From contig OX638154.1 of the NCBI GenBank assembly GCA_951804945.1, positions 18,910,001 to 18,974,000 on the forward strand: a stretch of DNA of 64,000 nt, in the 5' to 3' direction. The DNA is from Podarcis cretensis. Taxonomy: Eukaryota. Under the pieces are notes generated by a model. It searched no databases. It saw only the letters and a program-made list of their open reading frames with translations, and had not been told where the DNA came from. A program made the position numbers and the translations under genes. Below are positions 1-11,107 of this stretch, in pieces (the first letter of the stretch is position 1; every line of letters begins with the position of its first letter).

Positions 1-1927
1 CCCCTCTGGGTGACTTACAAAAATAAGATGCAATATACAATTGCAATATAACGACGACAACCCCCCCAACCCCCCCCCAAATGACAGCAATAGCCACAGA
101 TCAATAAGTGTTCTGATCTAGAACATGCTTCCATTCTAGATTGGGGACCCATGTCAGTTTCTTCCTGAAAATTGCCCCCTTCTAGTGGTTATATGCCCCA
201 GAAGGCAGGCAGTATTTGGAGTTAACAGCACCTTCAGAAGGTGGATAGTAGCTAAGGGTAGAAGCCAAAGTATTTTTAGCAGGGGGAAGGGGGAGAGGAC
301 TATGTTTCAGATCGGGGTTCTGCAACTGCTTTTTCTTGAGAACGGAAGAGGCCATTTGAAGCAAACCTGAGTGATCGATAGACACAGAAATGACATTTAT
401 GAACCAGAAGCAACAAAGAGTCTTTTGGCACCTTAAAAACAAAATTAATGTACATGACTTTAGTCTGTTGTTTTCAGTGGGTTTGCTTTGAGTATAACTT
501 AACTGGAAGCAAGCTTAATAGGTGCATCGTGGGACAAGCTGCAGGAGCCTGGATCCCATCTCACCAGATGCACAAGCTGTTGTTAACTAATGAGTAAAAA
601 ATGATGGGTGTTCTCTCCCCCCCCCCCACCGTCTGTATAAACATGTGAATAATAGGGAGCAGTTTTTGGCCTTTCTGCTTCACATAGTGCCATATATTTA
701 GTGCTGTACGGGTGAAAGCAAGATGGATCTGAAGACTGTGTGTCTCGTGGGTTCCTCTTCATTTACCACATTGTGGGAAGGTTGCCAGCGATGCATAGAT
801 GTTGCATGTGGTCTCATGGGGGGACGGATTAATTCTTACTATGCAAGGATACCTCCTGCTGACTTTTGAAAGGGAGAACAAACAAAGAGGAACTCTTTTG
901 ACCATGGATGCTATTAGCTTAATGTTTCTGTTCTCTGATCTTCCTGTCCTGTTTGCTTTGTACGGCTTAATCAAGGTTTTTTGGGGTTTTTTTGTATATA
1001 ATGTGGACCAAGTAATTGAAAACAAATTTAGCATGTCTCAGACCATCAAGTTCCCTTTCAGTTGGATTGCTGGCTTCGCGGTAGACATGTCTGCTTTCAA
1101 TTTTCAGTGATGTGAGAAACATAGAATTAATGGCTTGATTTGTAATTGTGAATGTTAATAATGAAAGAGATATTCCCTGGTCTCAAGCCTACATAGAAAT
1201 TCTGTCTCCGTTATGCTTCATATAACAAACCCCAATTCAAAACTCCGCTGCTATTCTTTACTGAACATTTTCATTCTCTGCTATGTGGCTGGGTTGTTTT
1301 TTTGCTCTCGAAGTGCCCAATTTATTTCATGAAAACATGTGTTGTACATAGAGCACACAAATATTTGTGCAGAGAAAGATTACCATGAAAATGTCAAAAC
1401 CTGCTTGTTTAAATAAACTCATATTTTAGCTGGCAATGATATATTTTTTTGACCTGGGTGTCACTACCTCTGTCAAAACCTGTCCACAGAAGAAGATGGC
1501 AGAAATCTGGTTTATAACACAAACTTGCATTTTGCACAGTGTTCTCCTTTCATTTGTGAGTGTTTGGTTTTCACCTTGAAAGCAGAGAAGCAGAGAAATG
1601 CTTTCAGGTTTCATGTAATTCAACAATATGCAAATATTTGAGAAGCGAGTACCATATGTTGAATTACATGAAACCTGAAAGCATTTCTCTGCTTTGGCAG
1701 TTGTGTGCAAGCAACCCCAAATATCAAGTCTTTAAAGCTTTTTGGCAACTGTGGGCTCCCAAGCCAAGAGAGCAAGGGAATTGTTCATCAAACTGACTTG
1801 AGCTAATCTTTAGGCTTGGCTGTTAACAATAACATAGGAGCCTGAGAGCTCCTCTGTACTTAGATAGACAAACTAGGGGTTTGCGTAATAACATATGTGT
1901 TGCTAAGGCCAGGGACCTCCCAAGGGT

Positions 1928-1970
1928 GGTTTGTTTGTTTGTTTGTTTGTTTGTTTGTGTGTGTGTGTGT
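1928..1970. repeat. (GTTT)n(GT)n microsatellite
   Basis: Direct reading. Confidence 0.95.
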
Positions 1971-2527
1971 TTCCTTCTAGTATCCAGGTTAAAAAGCAGA
2001 CAAAGTTTTAAGGAGTAGTGACAGCATGGGTGACAGCCATGATGATGATAATATTGTGTAATAAAAGCAGGGTTTGTGGGAATCACTTTTGAGTTCCTTA
2101 GAAGAAGGGCAAGATGGATGGATGGATCCACAAAGAGGGGGTGGGAATGTGGAATTTCACATGTTTGAGGTAAGAAGGTCCCAGGTTTCCAGGTACACTT
2201 TGGGGAAATCAAGAAGAGCTGCTGCTTGTCCCTATAGCACAGCGTTTCCCAATCTACCGCCCTCCAGTTATTTCTGGATTACAACTCTCAACAACTCTAG
2301 GTCACAGATGATGGAAGCTGTAATGGTCCAAACCACTTGGAGGACACTAGTTAGTTAGTGAAGGCTAGTTAGCTACTTCTAAGCTTTATAGACCAGTGTA
2401 TTTCAGCATAAGGCAACTTCATGTGTTCATAGCTCTAGTTTAAGTCTTCTAATTATGAACCTAATATGCTGTTTTCTAACTGGAAGCCTTCAGTTTTTAT
2501 TTTAATGCATTCCCTACAGTAGCAAAT

Positions 2528-2886
2528 GGGGATGCGGGTGGCGCTGTGGGTTAAACCACAGAGCCTAGGACTTGCTGATCAGAAGGGTGGCGGTTTGAAT
2601 CCCCGCGACGGGGTGAGCTCCCATTGCTCGGTCCCTGCTCCTGCCAACCTAGCAGTTCGAAAGCACATCAAAGTGCAAGTAGATAAATAGGTACCACTCT
2701 GGCGGGAAGGTAAACAGCATTTCCTTGTGCTGCTCTGGTTCACCAGAAGTGTCTTAGTCATGCTGGCCACATGACCCGGAAGCTGTACGCCGGCTCCGTC
2801 GGCCAATAAAGCGAGATGAGCGCCGCAACCCCAGAGTTGGCCACGACTGGACCTAATGGTCCGGGTCCCTTTACCTTTACCTTTAC
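2528..2886 (+). mobile_element. Sauria SINE (Squam1), full length
   Basis: tRNA-like head with A box and B-box-like GGTTTGAATCC, (ACCTTT)n tail, TSD TACAGTAGCAA on both sides. Confidence 0.92.
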
Positions 2887-4097
2887 AGTAGCAATGGGTT
2901 TTATTGCTTGTGGGTCTTGCAAACTGTCTCAGCTAAAGAGATGACATCAGAAATATGAGACTCTTGCTGGGCATCTGCCTTCTGCTAGGTGGGGTTGCCC
3001 AAGCCATTGCCAATCTGCCCACACAACATTGCCCAAAGCAGAGAGCTTGGGGCAAACCACTCCTTCCCAGCATGTGGTCATGTATGATAGTTGCTGGAGA
3101 ACATCACTCACAAATGTCGTGGCATAGTTTTCCTCTACCGCTGCATCTGAGCCTTGTGCAAAAGAAGGTTGTGAGCATATCCAGTCTTTTCTCAATATGT
3201 GGGGTGCAGAGGGAGAGAAAGTAGTGAGCCGCTTGTGCATTTCATTTTGCTGCCTCCATGGAATCGCAAAGCGGCAAAGGAGCCTTCTTTGTGGGAAAAT
3301 ATATATTCTGTTTTGTTATTTTCTTCTCTGTCTCTGGAGATTGTGTGTGTGTGTACAGCACACACACACTTCCTTGGATTTAGTATAATCACGACTGCAG
3401 ATTATTTCTTCTACTGCTAGATTATTTCCAGCTATTCAGAAGCAGGAAATGCTTTGTCAGCTGGCAATCTAAACCACCAATGACTTTGGCTAAACTTTTG
3501 ACTTGATGCCTCACCTATTGAAATTAATCCTTTGGGTTTAGCTTTGAAGTTTATCCTTGGTTAGAATATCCATGCACCCCAAAGAGCCAAGAGAAAGAGT
3601 TCCCCAAATATTCAATTCTCAAAACTAAGACACAGATTGCTGGTGTTCTTCTTTAAGCACTCTCTTTTCAAAGTGGCTGAAGTCTGGGATTTGTTGGGAG
3701 TCATAGGAGAATTTTGTCATGCAGACTTATGAGGCTGGTATAACAGAGCCTTCTCTAGTGAGGAGTATCACAGATATCTAGTCCTGTTGTGTATAAAAAT
3801 AAAAAGCAACTTTCCTAAAGATGTACAGGCTCCCTACCCTATTCCTTCCACTTTTTTTTTTTGTAGGATTGTCACACAGTAGAGAAAACATTTGCTGAGT
3901 AATTGTACGAGTTATAGTTAATTAACCAATTAAATTGGGGTAAATTTGCATATGAGAAAAATAGTTCTAAAGTTAAATAAAGAACTTGCTTTATTTTACA
4001 CATATGTGCTGAAACAAGCATCATCTGGGAAGAGGCATTCATTCTCCCATCTCTTGCATGCCTCTTTTATTATGGTGCATGCTACTGACACTTTTTA

Positions 4098-4473
4098 AGG
4101 ACGCAGGTGGCGTTGTGGGTTAAAGCCTCAGCGCCTAGGGCTTGCCGATCGAAAGGTTGGCGGTTCGAATCCCTGCGGCGGGGTGCGCTCCCGCTGCTCG
4201 GTCCCAGCGCCTGCCAACCTAGCAGTTCGAAAGCACCTCCGGGTGCAAGTAGATAAATAGGGACCGCTTACTGGCGGGAAGGTAAACGGCGTTTCCGTGT
4301 GCGGCTCTGGCTCTGGCTCTGGCTCTGGCCAGAGCAGCGATGTCACGCTGGCCACGTGACCCGGAAGTGTCTCCGGACAGCGCTGGCCCCTGGCCTCTTA
4401 AGTGAGATGGGCGCACAACCCCAGAGTCTGTCAAGACTGGCCCGTACGGGCAGGGGTACCTTTACCTTTACCT
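4098..4473 (+). mobile_element. Sauria SINE, second subfamily, with internal (GGCTCT)4 expansion
   Basis: GGTTCGAATCC B box, ACCTTT tail, 15-bp TSD TACTGACACTTTTTA (4083-4097 and 4474-4488). Confidence 0.92.
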
Positions 4474-5208
4474 TACTGACACTTTTTATAAGTGCTTACT
4501 TAAAAAACCCCAAAACAACAAAAATAATCTCTTTAGTCATCTCTTTAGTCAGTCAAAAATGTTTTTAATGATTAAACTAACTCATTGACTATGTCTTTGG
4601 AATGCACCAGAAATAGCCCAGATCCACTCATGCAAATGCCATTTGCCTTGATGAGGAAGAGCTAAGCTAAGCTGCTTATTTTAAAGCTTTTATTGTTTTC
4701 ATTATATCTTTCCCTTCCTCCCAAAGAAACCTAGGGAGGCAAACAATAAGTAATAAAACAATAAAAACACCCTGAAAACGATTCCAATGCAGATGCAGAC
4801 TGTATGATGAGAGGTTCAAACAACTCCCCCTGTGCCATCTCCTAATTATGTAATTTGAGGATTTGTAAAATGCTTTTACAAAAGTCGCTTTAGATTTGTT
4901 TTGCACAAGAGCAACAGGTAACAGTCCTGTGAAGAAAGTTAGGATAAGAATGAGTGACTTGCCAAAAGCTACCCATGGAACTTCATACTTGAGGAAAGAT
5001 TAGAACATGGATCTCCAAAATAAACTACTCCCAATGTCTGCACTGTTAACCACCCATGAGAAGTGTCAGAGGTTTCTAGAAAACAGTTGGGGATTTCACA
5101 AGGGAGCCTTTGGCTGGTTATATGATGGTTTTTTTTAATGTGTTAGGTGTTTGTGTTTTTGTTGTAGTTACCGTATGTTATGTATTTTATTTATCTTTGG
5201 ATGAGAAG

Positions 5209-5345
5209 CATAACAGTAATAATAACAATAATATCATTATAATAATATCATTATATAATATTATAATATCATCATCATTATATCATTATAATAATGTCAT
5301 TATATAGTATCATAATATCATCATCATCATCATATCATTATAATA
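5209..5345. repeat. Degenerate AAT/ATC low-complexity repeat
   Basis: Direct reading. Confidence 0.85.
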
Positions 5346-5565
5346 GATGCAACATTCTGAACCTGAATTTATTCTAGCCTTGCAAAGTTAGACCACAAAA
5401 GTTAATAACTTCCAAATATTTTTCAGTAGCCAGCATGCTCTTGGTCATTGGTAGCACATCAATAAACTGAAGGAAAGACACACACACAAACATTTTTATA
5501 AAAGCTTCATGTCTAGTGATCTAGAGGTGATCTTCACTTGCTCCAGGTGATCAAACAAGTTACTA

Positions 5566-5570
<5 letters not shown>

Positions 5571-5607
<37 letters not shown>
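5571..5607. repeat. (TA)n microsatellite 80 nt upstream of an exon
   Basis: Direct reading. Confidence 0.97.
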
Positions 5608-5609
<2 letters not shown>

Positions 5610-5686
5610 CTGATACTATTTATATTTTGATTTGTCTACTCCATTTGTCGTTGAAATGATAATGTAATGATTTGGTCTTTTGCCAG

Positions 5687-5889
5687 CTTCATGGATACAT
5701 GGACAACAAGCCCCTAGGTCTTCAGATCTTCATTGGGACAGCAGACGAGCGGATTCTTAAACCACATGCTTTCTACCAAGTCCATCGCATTACAGGGAAA
5801 ACCGTCACCACCACCAGCTATGAGAAAATAATTGGCAACACCAAAGTGCTGGAGATTCCCCTGGAGCCAAAAAACAACATGAAAGCAAC
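5687..5889 (+). CDS. NFATC2: NFATC2 coding exon ([41 protein letters not shown]...KNNMKA); equivalent to human exon 4
   Basis: Acceptor tttgccag, donor gtaaga. 203 nt, ends in phase 2. Peptide is near-identical to the NFATC2 RHD as recalled. Confidence 0.97.
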
Positions 5890-6279
5890 GTAAGAGTGCT
5901 ATTATGAAAAGTGTCTTGTTACAGGATATTAATGGAGCAAAACTGGAGACTTAATGCTAATGCAGAAGGCACCTGCATTGAGCTTGAACAGAAAATACTC
6001 AAGGGCAAAAGACTTACAGTGACCCAGGCTTGATTCACAGTATATGTGATCTGTATGAAAAAGCTGCCCGGTTCCATCCCTTGCATCTCTACTTAAAAGG
6101 ATCAGGCCTGAGACTCTGGAGGTCTCCTGTCATTTAGAGTAGTCATAAGTGGCAAGGTAGATGAACCATTGATCTCACCTGTTTATGAGGCAGCTTCCTT
6201 CTGAGCCTTTTCCCAAAGGGGCAGACTTCTGCAAGATCATTGTGGGTGATGATACTGGGCGCTGGGAGCGATTTAATAC

Positions 6280-6725
6280 CTGTTGGAGGCAGAAATGCTT
6301 CTGAATACTACCATATTTTTTGCTCTATAAGATGCACCAGACCATAAGACGCACCTACTTTTTGGAGGAGGAAAACAAGGAAAAAAATATTCTGAATCTC
6401 AGAAGCCAGAACAACAAGAGGGATCACTGTGCAGCAAAAGCAGCGATCCCTCTTGCTGTTCTGGCTTCTGGGATAGCTGCACAGCCTGCATTCGCTCCAT
6501 AAGACGCACACACATTTCCCCTTACTTTTTATGAGGGAAAATGTGAGTCTTATAGAGCAAAAAATATGGTAGTTGCCAGAAACCACAGGAGGGGCAGTGC
6601 TCTTGTGCCTGAATACTGCTTTTGGGTTTCCCACAGGCATCTGGTTGGCCACTGTGAGATAGGATGCTAAGCTAGATGGACCAGTAACCTGATCCAGGAG
6701 GCTCTTCTTTCGTTGCTATGTTCAT
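6280..6725 (+). mobile_element. CR1 LINE 3' UTR remnant (interrupted by the MITE)
   Basis: ggcatctggttggccactgtgag...gatggacc...ctgatccag...ctcttctt resembles squamate CR1 3' ends. Similar pieces at about 14040-14180 and 53370-53500. Confidence 0.6.
6311..6569 (-). mobile_element. TcMar-type MITE (CCRTATTTT termini) inserted in a CR1 3' UTR fragment
   Basis: TIRs ccatattttttgctctataag / cttatagagcaaaaaatatgg, TA on both sides, internal hairpin 6400-6470. Homologous to 36279-37095 and 52581-53041 in the opposite orientation. Confidence 0.85.
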
Positions 6726-7036
6726 GTCTCAGTGCGCATTTGAATTTCAGTCCTACTCTAACAACTACACCATACTGATTCTTTAATTTTAAATGTATCT
6801 TTTAGAACATGGCACCATTGGGATGATGTTTTGGGAGTCAAAAAGCCCTGTTCTCCCAGGCCTTTTAAATAAGTAGGTCAGGGCAGTCTGTTTTTAATCA
6901 TTTTTTTAAAGTGCAGTGAGGTTGTTGTTGTTGTTGTTGTACTTAGGCATTTCCTGATTTTATGTTTTATTTTCTGATGAAAAGTGACCTTTAAATCCAT
7001 TGTTGTAATCAGCGAGGTAAAAACAAAATGTTGCGT

Positions 7037-7294
7037 GAAGAAGAAGAAGAAGAAGAGTTTGGATTTGATATCCCGCCTTTCACTCCCTTTAAGGAGTCTC
7101 AAAGCGGCTAACATTCTCCTTTCCCTTCCTCCCCCACAACAAACACTCTGTGAGGTGAGTGGGGCTGAGAGACTTCAAAGAAGTGTGACTGGCCCAAGGT
7201 CACCCAGCAGCTGCATGTGGAGGAGCAGAGAGGTGAACCCGGTTCCCCAGATTACGAGACTACTGCTCTTAACCACTACACCACACTGGCTCTC
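7037..7294 (-). mobile_element. tRNA/CORE SINE (Squam3-like) with (CTT)n tail
   Basis: Reverse complement reads gccagtgtggtgtagtggttaagagc...ctgggtgaccttgggccagtcac (MIR-type CORE)...cttcttctt. Near-identical to 30348-30586. Confidence 0.88.
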
Positions 7295-7383
7295 ATCTTT
7301 CCCACCTTGCAAATGTGTTCAGGAATAATTGGGTTGTTAATTTTGTGGTTGGGTATTAACTAAGGTTTTGGCTTGTTCCGCAG

Positions 7384-7556
7384 CATTGACTGTGCAGGGA
7401 TCCTCAAGCTGAGAAATGCAGACATTGAACTGCGGAAAGGGGAGACGGACATCGGCCGGAAGAACACCCGCGTGCGACTGGTTTTCCGTGTGCACATCCC
7501 CGAATCCAGTGGCAGGATTGTTTCCTTGCAAGTGGCATCCAACCCCATTGAATGCT
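7384..7556 (+). CDS. NFATC2: NFATC2 coding exon ([42 protein letters not shown]...NPIEC)
   Basis: Acceptor ttccgcag, donor gtaagt. 173 nt, phase 2 to 1, joins the previous exon in frame (AC+C=Thr). Confidence 0.97.
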
Positions 7557-7959
7557 GTAAGTTGCATTTTCTCTGTAACTTCACTATTTTCTGATCAGCG
7601 GCAATATTTTCCATGCTGCAACCTCTCTGTATCCTGTGCGTCGATCCTAAATTAGCTGAAGAAAGCATGTCTCGAAACCTGTGCATAATTACCTGGGGGT
7701 AAGTCCCATTGAAATTAGGAGGACTCACGGTCAAATTACACATTATGTTAGCTATTCAGATGTGCTGTTAAGTGCAAGGGTTTTTTTATATATATGTATA
7801 TAAATGCTAGTGATTCTGGAATCTTAGCATGGTGGTGAAACAACTTACCACCTCTACCCACTGTAGTCTTGAGGCAGTATTCAACTAAATAGTTGCACTA
7901 GCACATGAATTGACACTAGTAGAATGGGATTTGTAGTTTGGCCCGTACCACCACCTTCT

Positions 7960-8450
7960 GAGGAAATCTGTCCCACTGTTGCTCTTACTGTCACAAAGTT
8001 CTTCTTGATGTTTAGTCGGAATCTTGTAACTTGAAGCCATTGGTTTGGGTCCTACCCTCTGGAGCAGGAGAAAACAAGCATGCCCTTAAGATATTTGAAG
8101 ATGGCTATCGTATCTCCTCTCAGTCTCCTCTTTTCCAGGCTAAACGTACCCAGCTCCCTCAACTATTCCTCATAAGGCTTGGTTTCCAGAACCTTGATCA
8201 TCTTGGTTGCCCTCCTGCACATGTTCCAACTTCACAATAGCCTTCTTAAATTGTGGCACCCAGAACTGGACACCGTACTCCAAATGTGGTGTGACCAATG
8301 CAGAATTGAGTGGTCCTATTACTTCCCTTGACCTCGACACTATACTTCTGTTGATGCAATCTAGAATAGCATTAGCTTTTTTTACTGCTGCATCACACTG
8401 TTGATTCACGTTGACCTTGTGTGTCCACTAAGATTACTAGATTATTTTCA
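7960..8450 (-). mobile_element. CR1 LINE ORF2 C-terminal fragment
   Basis: ORF 8170-8409 QCDAAVKKANAILDCINRSIVSRSREVI..LVTPHLEYGVQFW is a typical CR1 ORF2 segment; frameshifted. Confidence 0.9.
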
Positions 8451-8642
8451 TGTCCTACTGTTTAGAATTAGGCGGTGCAGCTTTAATACAAATTGATAAC
8501 AGAAAGATGCTGCTAATCCCTTGACTCATTAGAGTACAATTGAAATTATGGAGGTACTTCCAGAACAGATAGAAATCTGAGATTTGGTACACAAGTTGTC
8601 AAAGATCTCCTGATTATCTGAAAAGTCTGAAAATGAGACAAT

Positions 8643-9140
8643 TGTTATGACTCTCACCCTGAACACATCATATTCAGACTGTTTTTGGGCAGTACTCCAA
8701 AGAGACAGTAGGACAAGCAGCACATGAGATCGACGAGAAGGGTGTGGGAGTTTCCCTTTTGCACTCTTTGATAAGCCCCACATTGGAGAAGAGGGGATTT
8801 CCACTGGATGTCTCAGTGACTGCCAAATGTTGGCTATACTCTCTCAGCAGATCTCCCATGGAGAAAATGTTCTTGGCCCTCTAGCATATGTTCATCCCAC
8901 CAGAGATCTCATTTCCAGCTATCATCCTTTCAGTGTAGGAGGTTTGCATCAGGAACGAAGGGTGCTCGGTGTCTTCACAGGATAGGACCTGTGGAAGGGC
9001 CTCCATTCTGGCACATCCAGAGATTCTTAGTCATTTTTGGAGGGCTTGCGTTTCTGTGTCTCTTTGCTCATCCGGTGATGCTTTATTGTTAGTAACCTGA
9101 GCTTTCTCAGTGGTTTGGGGATTTCACAGAGTCATAACGA
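8643..9140. mobile_element. Possible old solo LTR
   Basis: Inverted termini TGTTATGACTCT...AGAGTCATAACG; flanks ACAAT/ACCAT form an imperfect 5-bp TSD. Confidence 0.45.
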
Positions 9141-9481
9141 ACCATTTTCACTTCTTTTATTGTGTGACTCACAGTAGTGTACAAAACCATGCTGCAGCAA
9201 TAAACTGCCTGAGAAAGTTTACTTAAAAGACCCACTCTGTGGCTTTTGATTGTAATGTAATCCTTCCCCTAAGGGAGAAGTGGGGAACCTGCAGCCTCTT
9301 AATGTAACTCTTATCATTTTCCACCACTGGCCTTCTTGGCTAGGACTAATGAGAGCTGGAGTCCAGCAACATTTTATGGCCACAGGCTCCCCATCCCTGC
9401 CCTGAGACGCATCTGCACTGGAGATGCTCCCTGTTTCAACATGTTGTTTAGGCTGCAATCTGAACCTCTGAAAAACGCGTC

Positions 9482-10240
9482 TGTCAGGGACTCAGCGGGA
9501 GCGCAGGGAGGAGAGGAGATGGAAAGCGAGGGGGAGCAATCCGAGGGCAGCGTAGGAGAATATGACAGCAGCCCGATAGATTCCATGAGCCTCTCCAGCG
9601 AATCGGAAGATTCACAGAAGGGGGCGCCGATGGGCAGGGCAAGGGGCGACCCAAGGGGGACACCCCAGAAGCAAGGGGCCAGCGGGGACTCCCAGAGCAG
9701 CAGTTGCAAATCAGGACCAGCTTCCCCACCAGAGCGTAGTGGGGGGGAGGATTCCCAGGTGTCAGAGCCCACATATGCACCACCAGCGAGAGAAGATGAG
9801 TCAGGGTGGACCACGCCTCCATCGGAGAGCGAGTTAACGGTTAAGAGGAAAGTTGCAGGCTGGGTGCGCGCGCCAAGTTCAAAGGTACAGGCGAGCGGCA
9901 CAGAAGGTAGCCCGGATAGGGAACCAGGTCCTAAAGCCCGCCGGAAGGAGGGGCAAGAATCGTCAGGGTCAGCGTCAGAGGAGTCCAGGAAGGATGAGAC
10001 CCTAGCGGGCAGGAGGGCCCAGAGGAGAAAGGAATTTAGGAAGAGGTGGAGCAAAGCGAGAGTCTTAAACTGGTGTGGAGGGGGAGGAGACTCAGACAGG
10101 ACTTCGCCGGTCTAAGGTCAGGACGTAGAGCTGCACGCTGCGGCTTTAAAATGGAGACTGAATCTCAATAAAGACTTTTGTACATAACTACAGCCTAGCG
10201 TTGGTCCTCTGTGAGCTGGGACCTGGAGGCAGCTCTGACA
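9482..10240 (+). mobile_element. Solo LTR (759 bp; Gypsy-like or ERV-like) containing an intact ORF
   Basis: TGTCAG...CTGACA termini, perfect 5-bp TSD GCGTC (9477-9481, 10241-10245), TATA-like TTTAAAA 10145-10151, AATAAA 10167-10172. Confidence 0.9.
9519..10115 (+). CDS. LTR U3-encoded putative 198-aa protein, Ser/Glu/Gly-rich with an Arg/Lys-rich C-terminus; expression unproven
   Basis: ATG in good Kozak context (GAGATGG). The frame is open from the first LTR base to TAA, 30 nt before the TATA-like box. Confidence 0.5.
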   Translation: MESEGEQSEGSVGEYDSSPIDSMSLSSESEDSQKGAPMGRARGDPRGTPQKQGASGDSQSSSCKSGPASPPERSGGEDSQVSEPTYAPPAREDESGWTTPPSESELTVKRKVAGWVRAPSSKVQASGTEGSPDREPGPKARRKEGQESSGSASEESRKDETLAGRRAQRRKEFRKRWSKARVLNWCGGGGDSDRTSPV

Positions 10241-10888
10241 GCGTCCTTTTGAGGATCCCCAGTGACATGGCAGGGCGAAATGTCTTTGCCCTGTGCATCC
10301 CTTTGATGATTGCCAGGGTGCCTTCCCGGAAGGTGTTTTGGCGATCTCTGCCAGGAACATGGCAGGGCGAAGCATCTTCGCCCTGGTGCATCCTCTGCAA
10401 TAGACGCAGCAGGGCCAAACGTCTTTGCCCTGCTACATCCCTTTCACAAAGGTAAGGTGGCTGGCGGTGTGTGGAGAGATGGCAGGCCGAGTTAACCTGG
10501 CTGGGTTGGAGGGGTGTCGCATATGTGACATCATGCACGCACAATGCCCCTGCCGCCACCTGTGCAATTCGGCACCTCTGGCAGATGCTCTATCACTGAG
10601 ATATACCATTTCTCTTAATGGCACCACTCACTTAGAAGAGGAAGCTCCAAGGTTTGTGAAATAATAAAAATATTTTTTTTTTGGGGGGGGGACCCTAGGT
10701 GAGTCGGACATCCCAAAGCAGCTTAATGGGGACTGTGCATGCTTAAGGGACACAAAATATTAATATTAATTGGAGAAAATTAAGAACATTCAGGGTTGCA
10801 TCCAACTAAGTCATACTCACTCATGACTAACTTAACGTCATTTGTTTCAATGGGTCTGTTCTGAGCATGGCTTGGTCCGATGCGACTG

Positions 10889-11107
10889 CAGTGGTACCTC
10901 CAGTTACGCACAGGATCCGTTCTGGAGCTCTGGTCGGATCCTAAGGAATTCGCAACCGGAGGTTCCTGTTCTGCGCATGCGCGTGGCATGGTAGAGCGCT
11001 TCTGCACATGCGTGTGCAGCAAATCCCGGAAAAATACTTCCGGGTTTGCCACGTGCGTAACCCGAAGGATATGCAACCAGAGGTGTGCTTATCTAGAGGT
11101 ACCACTG
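10889..11107. mobile_element. Tigger/TcMar-type MITE (CAGTGGTACCTC termini)
   Basis: TIR cagtggtacctc / gaggtaccactg, flanked by TG and TA; internal hairpin. Confidence 0.8.

Noticed and set aside
4128-4355. PEPEPEPEP peptide
   Set aside because: Translation of a (GGCTCT)n slippage inside a Sauria SINE.
9336-9481. N-terminal part of the 259-aa ORF
   Set aside because: It lies outside the LTR boundary in unrelated repeat sequence and starts at TTG; a chance extension.
10262-10440. CRISPR-like palindromic repeats with spacers
   Set aside because: Eukaryotic intron, only three degenerate units, unequal spacing, no cas genes.
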